Shown piece after piece: positions 1 through 7,672 of a stretch of DNA of 64,000 nt. Position 1 is the first letter of the stretch. Each line of letters begins with the position of its first letter. The notes beneath the pieces were generated by a model. The model saw nothing but the letters and a program-made list of their open reading frames with translations, was not told where the DNA came from and did no database searches. Source of the stretch: an uncultured Eubacteriales bacterium (GTDB taxonomy: Bacteria; Bacillota; Clostridia; Oscillospirales; Acutalibacteraceae); contig CASFBL010000017.1 in assembly GCA_949292775.1 (NCBI GenBank), forward strand, positions 2,387 through 66,386. The letters run 5' to 3'. Both the position numbers and the translations under genes were made by a program.

Positions 1-1
1 C

Positions 2-319
2 GAATATAAGGGCTATTTGTATTCCTATTTAATTTCCGCAATCATCGGCTATGCCGCCGCCTATCTGATGAACCGCAAGCTGACATTCCGGTCCGATGTC
101 AATCCGCTGGTTTCCGGCATGATGTATGCGGTCATGGTCGTTTGCACCATTGCGTTTAACACATGGTTCGGCGCTTATCTCGGCACAGTCATCACCAACA
201 ACGGCTGGAACAGCTTTTTAGTGGATATGCTTGTAAAGCTCATTGTTATGACGCTGCCAACCGCCTGGACTTATCCGCTGAGCCGCTTTGTAATCCACAG
301 AAAGAAGAAGGTAGCTTAA
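2..319 (+). CDS. GtrA-family membrane protein, 5' end cut by window edge
   Basis: The frame is open from base 2 (EYKGYLYSYLISAIIGYAAAYLMNRKLTFRSDVN...). It parallels the next ORF almost motif for motif, including the tail WTYPLSRFVIHRKKK. Confidence 0.7.
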   Translation, partial: EYKGYLYSYLISAIIGYAAAYLMNRKLTFRSDVNPLVSGMMYAVMVVCTIAFNTWFGAYLGTVITNNGWNSFLVDMLVKLIVMTLPTAWTYPLSRFVIHRKKKVA

Positions 320-322
320 ACT

Positions 323-847
323 ATGCAGAACAACACCGCGCTTGCCGGCGAAAAACAGTCCTTTACCGTCCGGCACCCGGAATGGTGGAAATTCATCAAA
401 TTTAATATTTGCATTGTCGTAACAACGGCGCTGGATGTCGGCATCTATATGTTCCTGCAATACTTTGTGTTTGACGAACTCAATGCCGTGCCGGTTACCG
501 ACAATGCGCTGCTGCGCTTTCTGCGCATTGAATATCAGGGATATTTATATTCCTATGCCATTTCAACAACGGTGGGCTATGTTGCCGCCTACCTCATCAA
601 CCGAAAATTAACCTTTCATTCTGATGTCAACGCTGCACTCAGCAGCTTTTTGTATGTTATTATGGTCGCGTTCACGATTTTGTTTGACACCTGGCTCGGC
701 GGGGTCGTGGGCACGGTCATGCAGAACAATAACTGGAGCACGCCGCTGACTGAGATTCTAATGAAGTGCGTCATCATCAATGTCCCCACCATTTGGACTT
801 ACCCCTTAGAGCGCTTTGTAATTCAGCGGCAGAGAAAGAAGGCGTGA
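323..847 (+). CDS. GtrA-family membrane protein (tandem paralog)
   Basis: 174 aa and polytopic. It carries YLINRKLTFHSDVN and WTYPLERFVIQRQRKK, and starts 4 nt after the previous stop. Confidence 0.8.
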   Translation: MQNNTALAGEKQSFTVRHPEWWKFIKFNICIVVTTALDVGIYMFLQYFVFDELNAVPVTDNALLRFLRIEYQGYLYSYAISTTVGYVAAYLINRKLTFHSDVNAALSSFLYVIMVAFTILFDTWLGGVVGTVMQNNNWSTPLTEILMKCVIINVPTIWTYPLERFVIQRQRKKA

Positions 848-848
848 A

Positions 849-1691
849 ATGAAAATTCGCTTGTTTGCAACAGACTTAGACGGCACGCTGATTGGAAGCA
901 ACGGCGACATCAGCCGTGAAAATCTTGACGCGCTCGCACGCGCCGCAGAGCACTGTTTCGTTGTGCCCACAACCGGGCGCAGTTTTTATGAAATGCCGGA
1001 AATTTTGCGGCGCGAAAAGCCCTATACCCACTGTATTTGCTCCAACGGCGCAGTGCTTTATGACGGCGAAGGGGAGCGAATATGGGAAAGCTGCTTTGCG
1101 CCGTCGCTTGTGCGGCAGCTGTTTTCCATTTTATCTGAATATGACACAATGGTCGAAATGTATGCGGGCGGCGTGCCGGTCACAGACAGTGCCAAGCTCA
1201 ACGAAGCGGCATATGCGCATTACCGGGTAGAGGAAATTTATCACGCAGTGCTCACCAAAACGCGAAAAGGCGTTGCAGATTTCCCTGCGTTTTTAGAGGC
1301 GAACGCCGACCGTGCTGAAATGTTCAATATTTTCTTTCATGACGCGGCAGAGCGTGACGAAGCCTTCCGCCGCCTGGCAGCACTCGGCAGTGTTGAGCTG
1401 ACCACCTCCATGCAAAGCAATATGGAAATTTTGCAAAAAGGCGTCAATAAAGGCACGACCTTTGCGCGGCTTTTGCAAATGCTGGGCGTCGAGCGCGCCG
1501 AAACGGCCGCAATCGGCGACAGCCGAAACGATTTGACGCTGCTTTCTGCGGCAGGTCTGCCGCTCGCGGTCGAAAATGCCTGTGACGCGCTAAAAGAAAA
1601 AGCGGTAGCGGTGCTTTGCACCAACGATGAAAATGCAGTCGCGCAAGCGATTGAATCCTATGTGTTAGGGGGAAGCGGACATGCCGGGTGA
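849..1691 (+). CDS. Cof-type HAD-IIB hydrolase
   Basis: Shows the N-terminal DLDGTL motif, an internal TGRS, and a C-terminal GDSRND motif. Confidence 0.85.
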   Translation: MKIRLFATDLDGTLIGSNGDISRENLDALARAAEHCFVVPTTGRSFYEMPEILRREKPYTHCICSNGAVLYDGEGERIWESCFAPSLVRQLFSILSEYDTMVEMYAGGVPVTDSAKLNEAAYAHYRVEEIYHAVLTKTRKGVADFPAFLEANADRAEMFNIFFHDAAERDEAFRRLAALGSVELTTSMQSNMEILQKGVNKGTTFARLLQMLGVERAETAAIGDSRNDLTLLSAAGLPLAVENACDALKEKAVAVLCTNDENAVAQAIESYVLGGSGHAG

Positions 1692-2571
1692 GACGAAAAT
1701 TCATTTTTTGAATACAGCGCAGTCCGATTGTATTCTGCTGGAAAGCGAAGGGCATTTCGCGTTAGTCGATGCCGCAGAGGACAATGATTACCCGGCAGAA
1801 AAGCCCCATTTAAAGCGCAGGGGATATGAGCAGGCCGTCGTAGATTATTTGCTCGCACACGCGCGTGGCGCGGACGGGCTTGTTACACTGGATTTTGTAA
1901 TGGGCACACACGCGCACTCCGACCATCTCGGCGGCTTCGACACCGTCATTCTGCACCCCGAAATCCGCGTAAAGCGCGCATATCTGCGCCGCTACGATGA
2001 ACAGCGTGTATTCGTTTTTGAGCGCCTGCGCTGGGATAATAACGAGGTCTACACCCAAATGTGTGACGCGCTGCATAAGGTCGGCGCGCCCATAACAGAG
2101 GATTTTAACGGTGCCAAAACACAGCTTGGCGCGTTTCAAATCACCTTTCTTTATAATGAAAATGAGCCGCGCTTTCCGAAATACGGCGAAAATGTCAATT
2201 CGGTCGTGCTGTTAGCTGAAACCGGCAAGACGCGCGTTTTGCTTGCCGGAGACATGAATTATAAGACCGGCGACGAACGCCGCATTGCGAACCGCGTGGG
2301 CAAAATCGACTTGCTCAAAGTCGGCCACCACGGGCTTGTCGGGTCCTCTTCGGCCTACTTTTTAAAAAAGCTGTCGCCGCGCTATGCCGTTGTGCCAAAC
2401 AGCAAAAGAAAAATGTACCCGGATGTGAAATGGAAGCTGCGCCATGTGGCGCACGCTGAGGTGCACACAACCGTCGATGAAAACGGCGTGGTCGCCATTC
2501 TCGGCGACAACGGCGAAATCAAAATCCAATCCGGCGCGATGCCGCCAGGCACGCCGAATTCGCGTAGGTAG
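1681..2571 (+). CDS. MBL-fold metallo-hydrolase
   Basis: Has the HAHSDHLGG zinc motif and a later GHHG. It overlaps the upstream stop by 11 nt. Confidence 0.8.
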   Translation: MPGETKIHFLNTAQSDCILLESEGHFALVDAAEDNDYPAEKPHLKRRGYEQAVVDYLLAHARGADGLVTLDFVMGTHAHSDHLGGFDTVILHPEIRVKRAYLRRYDEQRVFVFERLRWDNNEVYTQMCDALHKVGAPITEDFNGAKTQLGAFQITFLYNENEPRFPKYGENVNSVVLLAETGKTRVLLAGDMNYKTGDERRIANRVGKIDLLKVGHHGLVGSSSAYFLKKLSPRYAVVPNSKRKMYPDVKWKLRHVAHAEVHTTVDENGVVAILGDNGEIKIQSGAMPPGTPNSRR

Positions 2572-2782
2572 CGAGATTTGAAATCCATTATCTCGACCCG
2601 GTATCGGCTTTGCGAAAACTTTTTGTAGGGGTGAGGGTTTTATCCTTGCCCCTATTATATGTAAACCAGCGGCTTTGCACCACTAATGTTGTAGGGGCGG
2701 CGTTCCACCGCCGCCCGCAAGATTTCCACAAATTTTAGGTCGGGTGGCAATTTTATTTTTGAAAAGACTACCTGCGCGCTTT

Positions 2783-2997
2783 CCCTGCGAACTCTCTCCC
2801 CCAGACGCACGGCGTGCGCCAGCTCCCCTCGTCAGAGGGGGCACAGTTTTGGTTGTAATTCCTCCGACTGTTTTTCTGATGGGGACATGTTCTTATGTGT
2901 GAAAAACATGCGGCTGTCCGCAGTTTTTCGGGTTCTTTTCCTCCCTCTGACGAGGGAGGTGGATTTTGCCGCAGGCAAAAGCCGGAGGGAGAGAAAG
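2783..2997. repeat. Composite intergenic repeat (type C), + orientation
   Basis: The left end is TCTCTCCCCCAGACGCACGGCGTGCGCC followed by the hairpin CCCCTCGTCAGAGGGG. The right half holds the hairpin CCTCCCTCTGACGAGGGAGG plus TTTTGCCGCAGGCAAAAGCCGGAGGGAGAGAAA. Related copies lie at 29641-29802 (inverted), 42208-42356 and 42880-42962. Confidence 0.7.
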
Positions 2998-3306
2998 ACG
3001 CGTATCAACGCGCGGTAAATCGCGGTGCCGTCGGGCACGCCGAATTCGCGCAGGTAGTACGAATAGAGCCTTTACTTGTATTGCCCGGCATCGGCTTTAC
3101 GCAAATTGCGTGTGTGGCTGATTATAGTAAAACCTTCATATATAAAAAGCACAGCGGAGAGAATCCTCCTGTTGTGCTTTTCTTTTTATATACAAACAGT
3201 TAAAATGCATCTACGCCGTTGACTCGTCGGCGGCGGGCTCTCGGCAGAAAAATTTTAAACGAATAAAAGGTGTATTAAATTGTCATGGAAAAAATCAAAT
3301 AAGCAG

Positions 3307-3360
3307 TTGACAAATTAGTCTACAAAGTGTAAACTAAAGGTAGTCTACAAGATGTAAACT
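3307..3360 (+). promoter_or_regulatory. blaI promoter with two BlaI/MecI-type operator boxes
   Basis: Promoter: TTGACA (3307-3312), 17 nt spacer, TAAACT (3330-3335). There are two direct copies of TAGTCTACAANNTGTAAACT at 3316-3335 and 3341-3360, each with a TACA-N-TGTA dyad. Confidence 0.6.
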
Positions 3361-3377
3361 TTATTGGAGGTGGTGAT

Positions 3378-3740
3378 ATGAGCGATTATCAGCTTGGAGC
3401 TGTTGAAGCCAAGTTTGCAGACATCATTTGGGATAATGAGCCGATTTCTTCCGCAGAACTGGTCCGAAAAAGCGCCCAAGAGCTCAGCTGGAAAAAATCC
3501 ACGACCTATACCGTATTAAAACGGCTTTGTGACAAAGGGATTTTTCAAAATCAAAAGGGCGTTGTAACTTCTCGGCTTTCTAAGCAGGAGTTTTACGCTT
3601 TGCAGAGCGAAAATTTTGTGAAAGAAAATTTTAACGGTTCTCTGCCGGCGTTTTTGGCGGCGTTTTCCACGCGCCAAAATTTGACCGACCAAGATGTTGC
3701 GCTTCTTCGCCGTATGGTTGAAGAATACGAGGAGGAATAA
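3378..3740 (+). CDS. blaI: BlaI/MecI/CopY-family transcriptional repressor
   Basis: 120 aa winged-helix repressor (KKSTTYTVLKRLCDKG). RBS GGAGG lies upstream and an M56 sensor gene follows immediately. Confidence 0.85.
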   Translation: MSDYQLGAVEAKFADIIWDNEPISSAELVRKSAQELSWKKSTTYTVLKRLCDKGIFQNQKGVVTSRLSKQEFYALQSENFVKENFNGSLPAFLAAFSTRQNLTDQDVALLRRMVEEYEEE

Positions 3741-3742
3741 CT

Positions 3743-5623
3743 ATGGAGGCGGTCTTTCTCAAACTTTTGAACATGAGCATTACAGCAAGCTGGCTTGTTT
3801 TAGCCGTGTTCTTTTTGCGGTTCATATTTCAAAAAGCGCCGAAATCCGTTTCAATGCTTTCGTGGGCGCTGGTGGGAGTAAGGCTTGTTTGTCCGTTTTC
3901 CTTTAAAAGCATTTTAAGCGTAATTCCAAACCCTGAACCGCTGCCGTCTGAAATTCTGACTGCCGAGCGCCCGGTCATTCAAAGCGGTATTCCTGCCGTG
4001 AACGAAGCGATGAACCCGGTGCTTGCCGAGACGCTCGCGCCGCGTGCCGAAACCGGCGTGTCGCCGTTAGGAAGCCTTGCGTTAATCGCTTCGGTTCTTT
4101 GGCTTTGCGGCATTGCGGGCTTGCTTTTCTATACAGCAGTCAGTTATTGGCGTGTGCACAAAAATGTGCGCGAAGCGGCGTTATATCAAGATAATATTTG
4201 GCTCTGTGACCACATTGACACACCTTTTATTTTAGGGGTGTGTCACCCGCGGATATTCCTGCCGTCCGATATAGAGAAGGCAGACCTGCCGTATGTGCTT
4301 GCCCACGAACAAGCGCACTTAAAATGGCGTGACCACCTTTGGAAGCCGCTCGGCTTTCTGCTGTTAACGGTTTATTGGTTTAACCCCATTTTATGGGCTG
4401 CGTACATTCTGTTTTGTAAAGATATGGAACGGGCTTGTGATGAACGGGTGCTCCGAACGCTCGGCGCTGCGTGCAAAAAGCCCTATTCCAACGCATTGAT
4501 TAACTGCAGTGTGCCGCGCAAACGCATTTCCGCTTGTCCTTTGGCTTTTGGCGAAACCGGTGTGAAAGAAAGGGTGAGATCGGTGTTGAACTATAAAAAA
4601 CCCGCATTTTGGCTTGCGGCGGTCGCTGTTGTCGCCGTTGCTGTCGCCGCGCTTGTTTTTTTGACCAACCCGAAGACCGAAAATGTGCAGACCCTTGCGG
4701 ACATCACGCAATCGAGCGCGCTGTTTGACAATGTCGAAACGCTGAAGCTGGTGGAAGAAAAAGGGGAAACTACCGCCCCTGCGGCGCAGACGCAAAGCAT
4801 TCTTTCCGACCTGCAGGATACGGAAATTTCTGTTGACCCCATCCCGGAAAATCGCGCGCAAGCAAAAGCGGTAAAACTTGTATTGGGCTATGGAGACGCG
4901 AGCGAAAAAGCGCTGTATTTTAACGACGCGTTTAGTGAAGTCTGGCTCGAAGACGGGATTGTCTATAAAGTCATGGACCCCGATAGCGCAAAACGCATTT
5001 TAGAGACGGTGCGCACCTCGGCCGTGACTGAACAGAATTCTGCCGACGGGAAAGACCCGGTGACAGCCGGCAGCGAAGAAACCGGTCTCACGCAAAAAGC
5101 GAACAGCGGGGCGGATAAAACGGAACCCAATACCCAAAACACGAACAGCCAGACAAAGCCCGCTGAAAAAGAAGTGAATTTGCCGGTCAACCGAGAGAAC
5201 CTCCCCTTCACCTTTGAGGGCACCGCAATGCTGAGCGCCGACCTGCAAAACCGCACTTCGGGCGGCGTGATTGTCAGAAGCTATGACGAGCTGAAAGCTA
5301 CCGTCGATTATGACGAGTTCACAAGTTGTACCTATCGCACCAATGCCGGCAGAAGTTACAACGGATTTTTAAGCGCATACGACGCGGCGTTTTTCAAGGA
5401 TAAGGCTTTGATTATTGTTTACGATATGTCCAACGGCGGCACCTATTCCGCAAGCCCGACGCACATTCAAACACAGGGTGCAAAGGCCACGGTGACGCTG
5501 ACGCAGAAAAAGGCGTCCGGCAGTCTTTGGGGCTCGGCGGAAATACAATATCTCCGCTATTTTATTGCGGTAGACAAAGACGACATAGCCGGCATCCAAA
5601 CCGTTGTCAGTACAAAAGCCTGA
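3743..5623 (+). CDS. BlaR1/MecR1-like M56 peptidase membrane sensor with a non-PBP C-terminal domain
   Basis: N-terminal TM helices and the HEQAHLKWRDH zinc motif (HEXXH). The C-terminal ~320 aa is low-complexity followed by an unassigned domain, with no SxxK/KTG penicillin-binding motifs seen. Confidence 0.8.
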   Translation: MEAVFLKLLNMSITASWLVLAVFFLRFIFQKAPKSVSMLSWALVGVRLVCPFSFKSILSVIPNPEPLPSEILTAERPVIQSGIPAVNEAMNPVLAETLAPRAETGVSPLGSLALIASVLWLCGIAGLLFYTAVSYWRVHKNVREAALYQDNIWLCDHIDTPFILGVCHPRIFLPSDIEKADLPYVLAHEQAHLKWRDHLWKPLGFLLLTVYWFNPILWAAYILFCKDMERACDERVLRTLGAACKKPYSNALINCSVPRKRISACPLAFGETGVKERVRSVLNYKKPAFWLAAVAVVAVAVAALVFLTNPKTENVQTLADITQSSALFDNVETLKLVEEKGETTAPAAQTQSILSDLQDTEISVDPIPENRAQAKAVKLVLGYGDASEKALYFNDAFSEVWLEDGIVYKVMDPDSAKRILETVRTSAVTEQNSADGKDPVTAGSEETGLTQKANSGADKTEPNTQNTNSQTKPAEKEVNLPVNRENLPFTFEGTAMLSADLQNRTSGGVIVRSYDELKATVDYDEFTSCTYRTNAGRSYNGFLSAYDAAFFKDKALIIVYDMSNGGTYSASPTHIQTQGAKATVTLTQKKASGSLWGSAEIQYLRYFIAVDKDDIAGIQTVVSTKA

Positions 5624-5631
5624 CCCCGGTG

Positions 5632-5747
5632 CGCGCCGGCGGACACCGAACGCGCGTAGGCAGTTCGTGCGGGGCAGAAGTCCTCTTGCCCGGCATCGGC
5701 TTTGTGCAAATTTTTGTAGGGGCGGGGTTCCAGCCCCGCCCGTATAT
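5632..5747. repeat. Modular intergenic repeat M1-M2-M3 (archetype copy)
   Basis: M1 is GGACACCGAACGCGCGTAGGCAG, M2 is TTGCCCGGCATCGGCTTTGTGCAAA, and M3 is the hairpin TGTAGGGGCGGGGTTCCAGCCCCGCCCGTAT. The same module order is seen at 41511-41613 and 29409-29524. Confidence 0.7.
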
Positions 5748-5834
5748 TATGGTAAGCCAGTGGCTTTACAGAACCCTTGCGGACAGGGGCAAACCGTGTC
5801 TCAACGAACGAATAAAACGGCATAAGAACAAAAG

Positions 5835-5860
5835 ACCCCCGTACTTTTCAGTACGGGGGT
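5835..5860. terminator. Bidirectional hairpin terminator between blaR1-like (+) and radical SAM (-)
   Basis: ACCCCCGTAC-TTTTCA-GTACGGGGGT, flanked by an A-run upstream and a T-rich run downstream. Confidence 0.6.
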
Positions 5861-5875
5861 TTGCTTTTTATTTGC

Positions 5876-7408
5876 TTATTCTGTTTTGCCGTCCGTGTTA
5901 GAATCGGCATCTTTGTCCGCCGTAGCGTCGGTACTTTCCGCGGTGCTCGACTGTGCGGCGGTGCAGGCTTGGCAATTCCCGGCGCAGCCGGCAAAATACG
6001 CTTTGCCCTCTTCGGTGTCGCGGAAATACTGGGTGTGGGTGTCGCGGTGCGGGCGGCTTTGCCAAATGCGGTCCGCTTCGGGCTTCCAGGCTGTGGCGAA
6101 ATCCACGCATTTGTCGCAAAGTGTGTCCACATCTTCCGGACAAATCAAGTCAGAGGATTTTGCGCCGGAACGCTTGACCATGTCGCGCAGAAGCTCCGGG
6201 TTTTCAAGCATCGGGCACGGGCGCAGGTGGTTGTCGTTAAACGGCTGACCGTGATAATACTCGGTAAACAGCGGGCTTTTGAGCGCTTCTTTGAGTGTGT
6301 GGGTGCGGATGTTCGTGTCAGAATAGTGAATGAACACGCACGGCTCAATGTCGCCCGCGGAATTGATGTGGAAATAGTTTCTGCCGCCGGCAATACAGCC
6401 GCCGACATATTCGGCGTCGTTTTGGAAGTCCATCACGAAGATCGGCTTGCCGGTTTTGGAGTTGCGGACCTTGCGCAGCCAGTTATACATATATTCGCGC
6501 TGTTCGGGGGTGGGAATCAGCTCTTTGTCGGCGTCGTGCCCGACCGGCATATAGTTAAAGCAAAGCGCATATTTCGCGCCTTTCTCGATGATCATGTCGA
6601 TAAACGCGTCGCTGGTGATATATTCGAGATTTTTGCGCGTGTAGCAAATCGAAACACCGAACAGGCACTTGTTTTTGTGCAGCAAATCCATGGCGTCAAT
6701 CGTGTGGCGGTAGGCGCCCTCGCCGCGCCGCCAGTCGTTGGATTCCTCGGTGCCCTCCAGGCTTAATGCAAGACCGATGTTGCCGACCTCGTTCATATCG
6801 TCACAGAATTTTTGGTCGACAAGCGTGGCGTTGGTATAAATGACAAACGCACAGTCGCGGTGCTTGCGTGCAAGCGCAATGATGTCGTTTTTGCGAATCA
6901 GCGGTTCGCCGCCGGTCAGCATATAAAAATGGGTGCCCATTTCTTTGCCTTGGGTCACAATCGAGTCCATTTCTTCGTTGGTAAGACTTTGTTTGTGACC
7001 GTATTCGGCCGCCCAGCAGCCCTTGCATTTTAAGTTGCAGGCGCTTGTCGGGTCAAAAAGAATAATAAACGGCACATTGCAGTGCAGCTCTTCACGAAGC
7101 GCGCGCACGGTTTTGGTGCCGTAAAGGCCTGCGTCCACGCCTAAAGACATAAGCATTTGCTTGACCACGCGCGGGTCTTCATCGCGCAGAATGCCTAAGG
7201 CATACTGTGTCCAAATGTTGTCGGGGTCGGCTGCCGCTTCCTTGAATTTTTTAAAGTTCTCCGGCGGAAACTGCCCCGAAAACAGCCTGCCGACACGGTC
7301 AGCCAATTTCACCAGGTTCGGGTAAGGGTCTTTGTAAATGTATTTCAGCAGCTTGTCGAGCGCCAGCTCAATGGCGGCACGCTGCAATTTATGGGATTTC
7401 TGCGCCAT
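5876..7408 (-). CDS. Radical SAM protein (unassigned subfamily)
   Basis: CNLKCKGCW matches the CxxxCxxC cluster motif, and the C-terminal half is Cys-containing. The preferred start is MAQKSHKL at 7408, preceded by GGAG. The 7516 start in the ORF track lacks an RBS. Confidence 0.8.
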   Translation of the reverse strand: MAQKSHKLQRAAIELALDKLLKYIYKDPYPNLVKLADRVGRLFSGQFPPENFKKFKEAAADPDNIWTQYALGILRDEDPRVVKQMLMSLGVDAGLYGTKTVRALREELHCNVPFIILFDPTSACNLKCKGCWAAEYGHKQSLTNEEMDSIVTQGKEMGTHFYMLTGGEPLIRKNDIIALARKHRDCAFVIYTNATLVDQKFCDDMNEVGNIGLALSLEGTEESNDWRRGEGAYRHTIDAMDLLHKNKCLFGVSICYTRKNLEYITSDAFIDMIIEKGAKYALCFNYMPVGHDADKELIPTPEQREYMYNWLRKVRNSKTGKPIFVMDFQNDAEYVGGCIAGGRNYFHINSAGDIEPCVFIHYSDTNIRTHTLKEALKSPLFTEYYHGQPFNDNHLRPCPMLENPELLRDMVKRSGAKSSDLICPEDVDTLCDKCVDFATAWKPEADRIWQSRPHRDTHTQYFRDTEEGKAYFAGCAGNCQACTAAQSSTAESTDATADKDADSNTDGKTE

Positions 7409-7480
7409 AGTAAAATCTCCTTTAACCGGGCGTACGCGCCGAGGCGGCACGCGGCAAAAATCTTGATGCTCTAAGAAAGT

Positions 7481-7509
7481 ATCATACCACGAGATTGCAT
7501 TTTTGTAAA
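7481..7509 (-). promoter_or_regulatory. Candidate sigma-A promoter of the radical SAM gene
   Basis: On the minus strand: TTTACA, 17 nt spacer, TATGAT. Confidence 0.45.
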
Positions 7510-7672
7510 CATGCACGCTTGTGAAATTTCCGTTAATTTCAAATCAACATTTTCGCCGGATACGCTGAAAAAAGGCACGCCGTATTATTTTTGCCCAAAG
7601 ACGCCGAATGATTCCTGCCGTTTTCGGGAATCCTTTTTAAAAGATACTTTTCTTAATGAAGGAAGGCGGCTT

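Noticed and set aside
2940-2965. CTGACGAG inside the type C repeats resembles the hammerhead ribozyme CUGANGA core.
   Set aside because: The motif is simply the loop and closing pairs of a perfect hairpin (CCTCCCTC-TGAC-GAGGGAGG). There is no following stem II plus GAAA, and no cleavage-site helix could be drawn in either orientation.
2548-3130. Possible CRISPR array, because of recurring GC-rich palindromic repeats here and at 29.2-30.3 kb.
   Set aside because: The repeats are of several different types, occur in both orientations, are irregularly spaced and have no uniform spacers. No cas genes are in the window.
5861-6766. 301-aa + strand ORF and other long antisense ORFs, such as 38743-39846 (-), 46653-47657 (-), 23114-24268 (-), 32466-33323 (-), 60891-61754 (-) and 11896-12684 (-).
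   Set aside because: Each lies entirely opposite a confidently identified gene. They have Arg/Ala/Gly-rich shadow-frame composition typical of GC-rich DNA and lack start contexts.
7511-7672. The 5' extension of the giant ORF (start at 7511), and similar upstream extensions in the ORF track for mreB, minD-like, proA, hslO, tatD, pilM, pilN, the ABC exporter, the BY-kinase and GNAT.
   Set aside because: The internal starts have good RBS spacing and match family N-termini. The extensions overlap upstream genes or promoters.
7409-7672. A SCIFF-like or other Cys-rich precursor peptide upstream of the radical SAM gene.
   Set aside because: Neither strand of the 264-nt spacer holds a small ORF with an RBS and a Cys-rich sequence.
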